Assembly (NCBI RefSeq): GCF_009914755.1
Contig: NC_060947.1
DNA: 64,000 nt
DNA from: the human T2T-CHM13v2.0 reference genome, Homo sapiens
Reading direction: 5' to 3' (one strand)
Shown one piece after another: positions 1 through 14,664 of the stretch (the first letter of the stretch is position 1; every line of letters starts with the position of its first letter). The translations under genes were made by a program, and so were the position numbers. The notes under the pieces were generated by a model. It did no database searches. It was not told the origin of the DNA and was given only the letters and a program-made list of their open reading frames with translations.

Positions 1-1029
1 GAGAAAGCCTAGCTGGCCTTGAGTCACCAGTGCAAATTCTGAAACCATTCCAGATTTTAGTTCCCCATCTGTGGAATGGAAAGAGTAATAGCAACCTACT
101 TTTTAGGGTTATGCTGAGGATTCATTCAGTGCACTAATGCATCTGCAAGTGGTCTGTGAGGTGTGAGGCACAAAGGAAGGAAGGTAGGCCCAGGACACTC
201 CAGTATGTTTGTTCCAGTTGGCCTTTTAAAGTTCTGTGCTATATGTGATTCCAATCAAGCCTCTGAACCCAGAATGCCAGATGCTACAGTTTCTCTGAAC
301 CCCACATAGGTGCCCCTACAGCCAGTTTTTTATTTTTTTTTTAAGTAGGAAGTATGCAGGGAAGTACCATCTCCTCACTCATTTGAGCAGCCTGACTCCA
401 ACTGGCCCTAGCACAGCCCTACTCAAGAATGACCACAAGTGCCTGGGGAGGGAGGGGCCACCATCACCTTAGCTCTTTAGTATAAAATAAGTGGTTTAGA
501 GTAGAGGGTTTCTTAACATCCCTTTAGCTATAGGTAGAAGTGTAGAAGCTGCAGTGAAACTGAGCACCTTTCAGGTCTTCTGGTCTGAAGCCTGCCATGT
601 ACTGTGGGAAGGACAGATCTTCATGTCTGTCACTAACTGTATACTCTTTAGAGGCCTGCCCATCTCATCTGTCTTAGGAAAACAGTTCATGAAGAACCAT
701 CTAAGCCAAATTCAAGGTCTTTGAGTGGAGAATCTCAATTAATTGCTTTTTGTTTTCACCACATACTACCCATGGCTTCTTTTGTTGTTTTTATTGTTGT
801 TGTTGGGACCCTTGGCTTCTTGCTGCTGCCTTGGCCATTTGCATACCCCCATTCCACCCCAGGACTTTATGTTTTGTAAGGAAGCAAATTACCTGAGCCA
901 GTGGAAGATCTACTGGTCACCTATAAATCAACACGAAGAAGGGACTTGCTCAAGGTCATGTATTGAGGCAGAAGCAGAAACTGGTATTGAAGGCAAGACT
1001 CTCAGGAGTGTGTTCTTTCCATTATGTCA

Positions 1030-1160
1030 GTCTAGCCCACTAGTGTGTAAGCTTCATGAGAACAGAGATGGTTTCTCACCACCCATTATATCCCCGGTAC
1101 CCAACACAATGATGCCTGGCATAAAGTAGATTCTCAACAAATATTTATTGAATAGATATG
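1030..1160 (+). mobile_element. L2 LINE 3'-end fragment
   Basis: aagcttcatgagaacagaga...tgcctggcataaagtagattctcaacaaatatttattgaat resembles the L2 3' terminus. Confidence 0.6.
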
Positions 1161-1795
1161 TTAATAGCTACTATTTTCATGTTGGAACTGTCTTCTTTAG
1201 ATTCCTTTAGCTAGATCTACCAGATAGCCAAACAACAATTCCATTGATCCACTGGAAACTACCTAATGTGGACCCAGCTGGGCCCTGGCAGAATGGAACA
1301 GGGTAGCACCGGGGAATGGGAAGGCATTGTCTCTCTTGTGCACCTTGGAGAGACTGTTTATCTGTGAGTGGCCAGCATGTTCATAGCCATTTCTGCTCCC
1401 TTTTCCCATATCTTCACATAATACAGTAGTGTTCGTGTCAAGTGGGAATATTCAAATCAAAACTTTTTGTGGATTCTAACAGGCAGCCATGCAAACATTT
1501 CTGTCCACCTTTGTGAAGTAGCCCAAAGTTTGGCTGTACAGTACATATTTGAGACATTACTCAATTTTTAATTTTTTTGTGTTTGTGCTGCTCATTATGG
1601 CATGGCCAGCAGGCAGGGCTGCATTGCATAATTTAATCCTGAGAGGTTTGTGCACCTGAGGTTTAGGGATTTGGTTGGCCCCTGTGCTGAGGCCTAGGAA
1701 GAGACAGGCATAGACCAGGGAGGATAGCAAGGAAGTCCTGGCGATCATAATGTTGGGGCATCCAGTGGATATCCACTCTTGCTATTGCTACTGTT

Positions 1796-1855
1796 GCCGC
1801 CGCCGCCACCACCACCACCACCACCACCACCACCACCACCACCACCACCACCACC
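1796..1855. repeat. Compound trinucleotide repeat (GCC)4(ACC)16
   Basis: Read directly. Confidence 0.95.
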
Positions 1856-2305
1856 CAGGCTGCTTTAGGGCCCAGAGCTGCTTATCTTTGCAGACTTGGT
1901 ATTTTTTGGCCAAGGTAGACTAATTTTGGGGGCAGTAGGAGATATTTTCCTCCCATCCACTCCTGAGAAAAGGGTAGGGCCAGCATTTGAGAGGTGTAGG
2001 TTTATGCTTACTAGGTAAGGTTGACTGTCCTAAAATAGAGAGAGCTTCTGAAGTTCACCTAGTCTTTAAAGGACTTTTCCCATCTGTTTTTTTAGTCCTG
2101 AGCCATATAAGGAAAGTTAACAGACACAATCTCTGCTGTGTGGTGGAACAGATTTAAATAAATACAGACTTTGTTTTACAATTTTGGATTAATTTTTCAT
2201 TATGAAACTAAACATGTTTGTTGTAAGAAATGAAACAGCATTGAAAAATATAAAGCCTCCTGTCTTCTGCCCCTGACTGTATTCTCCAGAGACAACCATC
2301 ATTAA

Positions 2306-2738
<433 letters not shown>

Positions 2739-2819
2739 TAGTATGTGCTGGCCATCTTTTAATGTCAAATCCGATTTTAAAGTCTACAGGGGCTCATTAA
2801 TAAGCAAATCAGCAAATAG

Positions 2820-3449
<630 letters not shown>

Positions 3450-3928
3450 ATGAATTGGTGGAACACTTAAAATCTACACAAATAAAGGGGCCATACTCTT
3501 CATTAAGTGGAAAATAAAGAAGTTGTAATGAGGATTTGTCTGTCTGAGAGGGAAGGTTTTCTGAAGATGTGATATGTGAACCCTTCTGTTGCGATGAAAG
3601 ATGATGGTAGCTGCTCCCCTTTCTATGCTCAGTAGGCCCCACCTATAGAGATTGCTTTAGATCCTGTGTCTAAATGAGCTCAGTGGAGTGATTAGTGGTA
3701 GGATAAACTTATTTTCTATGCTTAGCATGGTCCCCTTCCTGTTTTGTGGTTTTGCCAGCTTGGGGTGGTTTGATTCCAGACAGTACCTGACTGAGAATCC
3801 TGCACCTCAGAAGACCTCTGGCTGTTGGAGCTGTCTGAGGTGAAGGAAAGAAACTTTGTGAGTGTACATATGTGTGTGTTTGTGATAGGCACATGCTTTT
3901 CCAATGTTCTCCACAGAAGAGCAGTGGA

Positions 3929-4367
3929 GGCTGGTCCGATGGTAGTGGGTTACCGATGGTACTGGGTTGTCAGAACTTGTTAACATTAGCATCACTGAAG
4001 TTTTTGTTTTTGTTTTTGTTTTTTTGAGACAGAGTCTTGCTCTGTCACCCAGGTTGGAGTGCAGTGGTATGATCTTGGCTCACGGTAGCCTCCACCTTCC
4101 AGGTTCAAGCAGTTCTCATGCCTCAGCCTCCCAAGTATAGGCGTGCACCACTGTGCCTGGCCAATTTTAATATTTTTAGTAGAGACAGGTTTTTGCCGTG
4201 TTGGCCAGGCTGGTCTTGAACTGTTGGCTTCAAGCAATCTTCCTGCCTTGACCTCCCAAAGTGTTGGGATTGCAGGCGTGAGCCACCACGCCTCAGCCAC
4301 TGAAGTGGGTGTACAACCCCCCACTGCTAAATTTGACTGGCTTAAAAACAAACAAACAAACAAACAA
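3929..4367 (+). pseudogene. Y4 RNA (RNY4-derived) retropseudogene interrupted by an Alu
   Basis: GGCTGGTCCGATGGTAGTGGGTTA...CAGAACTT.TTAACATTAG (3929-4001) and GTACAACCCCCCACTGCTAAATTTGACTGGCTT (to 4343) match recalled hY4; A-rich tail 4344-4367; 14-bp TSD AGAAGAGC(A/T)GTGGA at 3915-3928 and 4368-4381. Confidence 0.92.
4002..4298 (-). mobile_element. Alu inserted in the Y4 pseudogene
   Basis: (TTTTTG)n tail; TSD cactgaagt at 3993-4001 and 4298-4306. Confidence 0.93.
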
Positions 4368-5476
4368 AGAAGAGCTGTGGAAGGGCCTGTCAATTATCAG
4401 AGAAGCTAGATTAGAATCCCCTTCCTAACAACATACACATCAGGAATCTTGTCCAGGTGGTAGGAAAGTGGAATTTTGCAGAGCACTCAGCTGTAGGTGA
4501 GCCACCAGTTGAATAATTGAGGAAGATAGTGATTTGTGAAATACAAATATTTTGAAAGAAAAATTCTAGCCTAGTGGTCACTGGTCCTGGTCTTAGAAGC
4601 TTTCTAACTTGAGAGTATTGATTATGTTGAAGGAACCAGGCCACTAGAGGAGAAGCAGAATTACCAGAAATGCTGGCTCTATTCTGCCCACTCATGGCAG
4701 GCCCCACCTTTCTCTTGCCTTTTTATTCCCAGACTTCCACAGTTGGTGGGGCAGAGTTCTGCTTGCCCAGCCTTTAATCCTGGAACCTCTGCTACCAGAG
4801 GTTGACCCTGACTGGGCTAGGCCCACAGGCCACTGCAGGCATTATTCCCTTCCCCTTCAGACAAACAGGAAGCTGCCTGCACACTCTTAGTGATTGGCAC
4901 TTTCAGGAGCTTTGTGAGGCAGGGAGTTTGAGATCAGGTTCCAAAAGGAAAAGGAAATGACATTTTAAATAATTTTTTGGGCTACTTGAGAAGGTGTGGA
5001 TCCAAAGTATCTCCAGGCATTTATTGTAGGCCAGGCTTGCAGGAATATCTGTGTTTCCATACTTACTTGCTGTTTGACCTTGGAGAAATCCCTTAACCTC
5101 CCTGAGCCTCCACTTCTCCCGTTGGTAAAGTGGGAATGATTATGTGTTAACCTCAGAATTGGTGGGAAACTTGGATAAGTTAGCAGTGGAAGGCTCTGAA
5201 ATGTTAGCTCGTAGAAAATCAAGTGTTCAGGATTCAGGTGCTCAGAGAAGTTTAAATCATGTTTTAATAGTCTCTGTTGACAAAAGCAGTAGAGTATATC
5301 AGTAGATGAAAGACTTTCAGCTCACCACTAAGAATAGTTATGATCCTTAAACGGGTGAGCCTCAGTTATCAGAAAATGTTCACTTCTGTGATACAGCTCA
5401 TTTATAGACCATTTAGGACCAATGAGGCATTGCCATATAATCATCTCTCAACCATCCATAATAAAACTCTCTTCTC

Positions 5477-5811
<335 letters not shown>

Positions 5812-6649
5812 CTACCTGTGGACTGCCTGTTCTAAATAATGTGAGCTCAGGGAATACAGGCTCTTCTGATAATCCAAATAACACATAATTAGTTATGCAA
5901 ACGTGTCCTAAAAGTTTCCAGGGTGAAGTGGTTAGGTTGCTGTTGCTGAGTAATCCATAGAGTATTACTCTTATGTTGATGTGGGTAACTGACCTTAACT
6001 ATAAGGAAAATGGTGAACTTTGCACTCTGGAGCAAGGAAAGTGATAGGCTTCTACTTCTCAGGTCATTTGTGCCTTCACTGACCATCCCTCCAGCTGTGA
6101 ACTCAGGTAGAGGCAGCATATTTATGAGAATCGGATTAGAAAGGAGGCAATCCTTCAAAGATCGGAGGTTGAGAAGACATGTTTGAGTGTGCCCTGCATG
6201 GACTTTTATTCCAGGGAGAGTCGAGTAGTTCTCCCTTCATCACACTCTACTGAGATTGTCCTTTGGCAAGAAGAACCAAGCTTAAAGAAAATCTTAAAAG
6301 AGCCATTAGGAACCTCTTGGGGCAAGTTCTTCTGGAACCTCTAGCTGCTTAACATCCCAGAAAAAGAAATTCTAGGGTTAGGAAGCTGGAAAGGATTTAT
6401 AATTTTAGGGGATAGCTGCCCATTTTCCAAATAGTTTTCTGTTTAAAATAGCCAAGTCAGATGCGAATTGAAGGAATCTCTTGACAGGTTGGCTGGCATT
6501 GCCCTGTAATTTTTTTCCAGTGTCCAAGTAATGATAATTCTCTATATTTGTAACAAGTTTCATAGTTGTAAAACTCTTTTTTATTGTTATTACTATGTCA
6601 TTTGATATTCATCAACTCTCTACAGTTGGCAGGTTAGGAATTATTATCT

Positions 6650-6789
6650 TTTTTAAAATTATTTTTTAAAATAGAGACAGGGTTTCACTGTGTTGGCCAG
6701 CCTAGTCGCGAACTCCTGGGCTCAAGAGATCCGCCCACTTCGGCCTCTCAAAGTGCTGGGATTACAGGTGTGAGCCAACACACCCAGCC
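6650..6789 (-). mobile_element. Alu monomer (FLAM-like) inside a MIR
   Basis: Single arm; TSD aggaattattatct on both sides. Confidence 0.88.
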
Positions 6790-9700
6790 AGGAATTATTA
6801 TCTTTACTTTTACATAAGGGAAAACTGGGGCTCATAGACTTTAAGTGGCTGCAAAAATTACTCAGCTAATGAGTAATGGAGACAAGGCTTGATTGGGAGA
6901 CAGAAGACTTTGGTTTTCGACTATGCACGGGGTGGAGTGTGGGAAGGGAAGGCAGTGTTGTTTCATAAAGGCCTGGACTTAAGCTCTGGTCATGGTTAGG
7001 TCAGAGTTCTGAAGCTAGAAAGGAAGTTTCAGCTTTAAACATTTGGCCCTTCCCCCGTTCCAGTGGTTGCCCAACCTCTTTTCAGTCTCTCTTCTAAATA
7101 TTGTAAGTCAAGACTAATGTTTAGAGAGAGAGCACTTGGGGGCTGTGTGGGGATGGCCACCTGTTATATTTGTGTCCTGCCTACTTGGGGCCTGGCCTGA
7201 CTCTGGTTTTGCAACTGGCTTCCTGTGTAACCCATTCTTGGTAGTGTCAGACCACTGCCTTCAAGGCTAATTGTGCTTTCCACCTGGTTGAGCCAATAAC
7301 TTATTTTGTTTTGCCATGCTCCTGGACATATGGGAGTTGCTTATTAGTAGGTGAGAATTGTTTGGGGGCTGCTTAGACCTAGCTAATGTAGAGTCTTGTT
7401 TGTACCTTGGTGGGAGCAAGAGCATCAATCCAACTTTTTGTTGAGAGGAAGAGGTATTGGAGAATCATGGAAAAGGCACTCTTTTTTAGTTGAAGAGCTG
7501 TTGTTTATGCTGGGCCTTGCTGTTAGCTTTCCAGAGCAATCTTGACCAAGTCCTTGCTCGTTTTTGGGCCATAGCCTGTTCCACAAGAGGTTGGTTTGGC
7601 TAACCTCTGAGGGCTATTTCCTGCTCTGAAACTCTGATTTATTCAGAAATGTTATACTCCCCTAACAATGGAGGCTGGTCTGCCCTCCCATGGGTACGGG
7701 AATGGTGGCACACATCTCAGAAATGGTTTTGTTCTGTGCGGAACTGAGCCAAATGGACAACTCTACCAGCTCCAAAAAGTTGGAAGTGGTCAGCTGTGTC
7801 TGAATTTTGTAAGGGAGCATAACTGGGTGGAGGGGTGAACAGGCATCATTAGAGGCCGGATGTGGATGAGGAGGGAAGAAGTGCCCTGGAGAGGTAGTTC
7901 ATAGAGAACCCACCAGAAACAGGTGATAAGCTGACATCATGAGGTAGATGGTTTATCCCAGTCTGTGGCCAGGTAGTTCCTGGTCACAAGCAGTTGGTAC
8001 GCCCTCAGGAATGTGATACCATCACATGGGAATGTGTCACTAGAGCAGCCAAAAGGCTGTGGATGCAGGAAGAGCAGCTCTCTCTTGTCACCATTCCCTC
8101 TGTGAAGGGTGGGAGATTCTTAAAATTGGGCCATAGAGACCATATGTGGCAAATGAAAAAAACAATTCACAATGGCAGATAGGACTGGTCCTTTAGAGAA
8201 AGGAAAAGTTGTAATGCTTGCCTGATGTCAAAGCATGTGGGGTTGGATTTGCTAGTTCCAATACATTTTAATTTTTTTTCTTGTGGACTTGAAGCAAGGT
8301 TTGGAAAAAGGGGGAAATTTGAACTCATGACCTTTGGAAACCAGAATGAAGCTTAATGTTGACTGTTAGAGCTGCCCTTCTTATAGTAGGGGGCTGAGTT
8401 TTGCATGGAGCCATCTAGGCTCCCTGCCTTCTGATCTACCTTGGCCAGGGTGTACCTGGGGAAGTCCAGCTTGCCTGTGTAATTGATCTTGACCAGTTTG
8501 TAGGAGCACGTGTAGACTCTGATTAATTGGTTTGGGTTAAGGCTTTGGGAATCAATATTTTCTGAGCACTCCCACAGGGAATTCTAACATTGGGCAAAGG
8601 TTGATTACTGCATCTCTAATAGAAGCCTCTCCTTGCTACATGTGACAAAACTGAACCAGAGAAAGGGGAGGGAGGCCTGTGCCCATGTCAATATGGCATG
8701 GATACAGCTGATCTGAGCACTGAGCTAATGCTTTTTCCAGGGCTCTTTGGACTCTTCTAACAGTTCAATTGGACATCCTCTAAACTTGGTCAGAGGTCCA
8801 GAAGGAGATAGTAGTTATGGCCCCCAACCCAAAAGTGCTGGAGGAAGGGGTGGGGTTAACTAATTGCACCCAAGGGAGGTGAGCAGCCCTTTTTAGAGAG
8901 TGAGTTCACCGTCTGGGCGTGAGCAGACCAGTGGTTGGGGGAAAGGGGAAGGATAGAACAGGATAGGAGGTGAGTAATGCTGTGGGCATCAAGACATTCA
9001 GTTAGTGGGAACATTATAGGGAGCTGGTGAGCTCAAGGACCTGGTGACTTCACTCCTCAGATCCATGTGGACTTGCAGGGCTGGAGCCCTGTCTCAGTGT
9101 CCAAGACGTGTGTCTTGTGCCTGGGAACTGAGGACTGCTTGTTCTCTGCTTCCTGCTTCAGCTGGATGGCCTTTACGCTTGATTAGGGAGTGAGCCCAGC
9201 CATAGAGCAGCCTCTCCTTGGCCCCAGCCCCTACTGCTACTATCCTTTCAGAGTGGATCAAGCTCTCGCGCATATTGGGGCACACTGTATCACAGTGTGG
9301 TCTTTGATTATTTTTCCACTGTTTTACATGTAGTATCCCGAGTAGAGAATAAGCTCCTTCTATGGTAGGAAAGGGGGCTTTGTTCCAAGTCCTTCCTAGG
9401 GGCATGGGAAGGTGCTTAATGGAGAGAAGCAAGCAGCATGAGTAGGACACTTTGGGTTTCTTTTCTCTCGCCAGTATCAAAAGGAACTTTTCTTAGGAGA
9501 GAAAGGTAACTGGGAGCTTTAGGGTGGATATAGTACACACTTCATTCTCTGGGGTCCAAGAATTATGTCTTTTTCCTACTAGGTGGGGAACCCCTTGAAG
9601 TAGTACTTGGCATAGTCTCTGTATTCCCAGTGCAGAGTAAAATACCCCACACTTTGCAGGGGTTCAATAGCTGCTGAATTGGTTTAAGGGCATTTTTTGT

Positions 9701-9895
9701 CTTATCCTCTCCCTTGAGTCAGATTAGATTCCCCAGAAGCCCCCTATCTCCTGGCTGAAGACTATGGAAGCTAACAGGGGAGGAAAGGAAGGGCTGCATC
9801 CACAGTTGGCTGTCTGGCACCTCTTGGATCCAGAAATCCACCTATAATTCTTAGCAGTAGTTAACTTTTCAGGTGTATATACTTTCACATGTAGA

Positions 9896-10217
<322 letters not shown>

Positions 10218-10872
10218 CTTTTCTTTTTCTAGAGGAGGAACAATTGTGAAGAGCCAGGGTGGGAGGTTAGAAGGTAGGCACTCCTGAATGGTTGTTTCTT
10301 CCCACCACTTTTGAGAGAAGGGCCAAGCAGATCATGAACATCCTAGACTTAGTCCAGAGGAGAAAGGCCTTAGTGTAGTGTTGGCCACTAATGGAGGTCA
10401 TTAGCCGTGGAGCTCTGTGGTGGCCTTCTTTCATTCTTAGCCTCTCACTCCCATTGAGTTTGGCATCCTTAGCTTGATTTCCTTTTATTCTCCAAACCTT
10501 TTCTGAGGGAATAGGGAGAGAAGCAAGGCACACATGTTCCTTTGCTTCTTGAGCCCTTAATTGGCCAGCTGGGAGGGATCCCCTTCTTGCTTCTTTCTTC
10601 TTCATGCATGCCTGTTGCTCTCTAAGGTCAGGGATTTGAGCCAGAGGCCTGGGAGTCAGGTACTTTATGGCTCAGCCCCTGGCCTGGGGCCTCCTATTGT
10701 GGGGATCAGCTTGGCCCAGGGCCTTCCTAGTATGAGAATGGAATGAGCTTTTGTGGAAGATGGTTAGTGGTCTAAGCTTATTATCTATTTTTTCTGCCAG
10801 TGCCTTTGCATAGGAAGGGAGTAGGCTGCTATGTATGATCAATTGGTATGTGGGCCAGTTATCTTTGGCTAA

Positions 10873-11350
<478 letters not shown>

Positions 11351-11657
11351 GTTGTTTTTTTAAAAAAGAAAAAAGAATATGTAACCAAGACTATAAGTGG
11401 CTTACAGAGACAGTTTGCCAATCTCTGCTAGTCTGTGCTTTAGACTGCCAATTTATTGTATACCTATTTCTTATATACTCATGGCTTCTTTATAGTCACC
11501 TCTTTCCTGATCCAGACACACTGCAGGCCTTTGAATCCTGCTTCTTGTAGCCAATCATAAATACCTTCCATGTTGGTTACTAACTAACCAAACCATTGTG
11601 TCTCCTTCCATGTATACATGGGGTCTGTGGTCACCTAGGGTTAGAATTAAAATTGTA

Positions 11658-11876
<219 letters not shown>

Positions 11877-12183
11877 TTAGGGACTAAAGAATATTTATGA
11901 GTAGTCAATGAGTGAGGTTGGCTTAAATGGTTTTCAGGTGATAATTAATGGTGAGCATCCTAAGTAGAGTTGCCTCAGGTCTTCCTGCGATTTTTTTGGG
12001 GGGCCTAGAGTCTCATCAACATTGCTCAAGTTGATTCAAGAGAAAGGAGGGTGGTAGTTATAAGATAAATGACAGACCAAATATTAGAATCATTTTAACC
12101 ATTATTTATTGCTGCATGACTTTGGGTAATGTATTTAATGTCTCTCAACCTTAGTTTCCCCATCTTTAAAATGGAGGATAGTG

Positions 12184-12557
<374 letters not shown>

Positions 12558-12742
12558 TCAAGAGTATGAGTATATCTAGGAGAGTACCTGGCATATTGAA
12601 AGTGCTTGATAAATGGCTGAGTTCCCTAAGTCTTTTCCATCATACTTTGCCCTCTTTAAGGATTTGAGATCAAATAATTTTAGAACCCTGAAGTCTGCTT
12701 TTAATTTGTGAGTGTGCCTCCTATACTACATTATCTCTTTAA

Positions 12743-13039
<297 letters not shown>

Positions 13040-13474
13040 ACTCTTTACGGTTTTGTTTTAATAGATGAGGAAACTGATACTTCAAACAGTGATGCCAATG
13101 ACTGGCCTAGTTTGTGGTGAAACCCATCGTGCCTTCTGCTGCAATCTGTTGGAGGGAACGGTTGTCTGAGAATCCATGTGGGTGTATCTATCACTTTGTA
13201 AAGAGGAACTCCAGCTCTGGGAAGCCTTAAAAGTCCCAGGATGAGGGAGTAGTAGAAAAGGAGAAGAGGGACATGAGACCCAGGGTAGAAAGGATGGTTA
13301 TGGGGTGTGAAGAATGGAGGATGTAGGAAGGAGAAAATGATTAGAGGAATCCTTACTTAAGAAGGCAAAACAGTTTGTGAAATCAATGGATCTCCACCCC
13401 TTTGCAGAAGCCAGGCAGCCTTGGCTGGGGCCCACCTCAGGCCCTTGTTATGCTGGTAGCTTTCACTTCTTCTT

Positions 13475-13490
13475 TGTGTGTGTGTGTGTC

Positions 13491-13522
<32 letters not shown>

Positions 13523-13538
13523 GTGGTGGTGGTGGTGG
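13475..13538. repeat. Compound microsatellite: interrupted (TG)n followed by (TGG)6
   Basis: Read directly. Confidence 0.92.
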
Positions 13539-13584
13539 AGTATAGATGCAGAGGGATCTTAGTTTGGTTGCCTTTCCAGGTCTA

Positions 13585-13954
<370 letters not shown>

Positions 13955-14633
13955 GAAAGTATGTTGTCATGGGCTCCCTCAAGTCCTGAAGAGTGATTCC
14001 TCTGAGGTCTGTGTGAGCTAGGGTGGGGAGTGCTCATTAAGCTAAGCTGGTGCCTCAGTGGGGCTGTGGGAACATAATCAGCTTCTTATCTTTATTTTAT
14101 ACATTAGTCTATCTTGCCTGGCTTTGTCTTCAGGGATTTCTGTCTCTGATTGTGGCCCATCTCCCCCAAATCTATGAGCTGGCACCTAATGCCAAAGTGG
14201 TGGGAAGATCTTTAATTCATTTTCTTCTGATAAATTCTGGGAAGAGGGTCAGGAAGCTGGGAAAGGAGACACTGATATTTAACTTCATGCCTTTGAGAGA
14301 AAGGCATACTTTGTGTTTCTTACCTCTGTATCCCTGTACATGCTGTCTCTCTACCCAGAATACCATGAGGTTCCTTTTCCCTTTAATCTTTTTCTTGTGA
14401 CAGTCTCCTTTGTCCTTCAGGAGAGGTCAGCTCTATCTCAAGCAACCTTCTGCCTTCTCACCTCCCCTTGTCTCCTCACCTTCCCCATTATGGCCTGGAT
14501 GCCTCTTGCTTGTGTTTCCACAGTCCACTTTAATTACCTCTATCTCTGCCCTTGCTGTATAGAATGGTAATTTCTCATCCATTTATCTGCATATTTCCTC
14601 CATCTGACAAAAAAATGCCCTCACGTGCTTGCT

Positions 14634-14637
<4 letters not shown>

Positions 14638-14664
<27 letters not shown>
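14638..14664. repeat. (CA)n microsatellite, about 13 units
   Basis: Read directly. Confidence 0.92.

Noticed and set aside
743-1129. 128-aa ORF with a hydrophobic, signal-peptide-like start
   Set aside because: TTG start, hydrophobicity comes from (TTG)n low complexity, 3' part overlaps L2; no recognisable homology
1663-1854. Poly-Val ORF
   Set aside because: Artefact of the (ACC)n repeat
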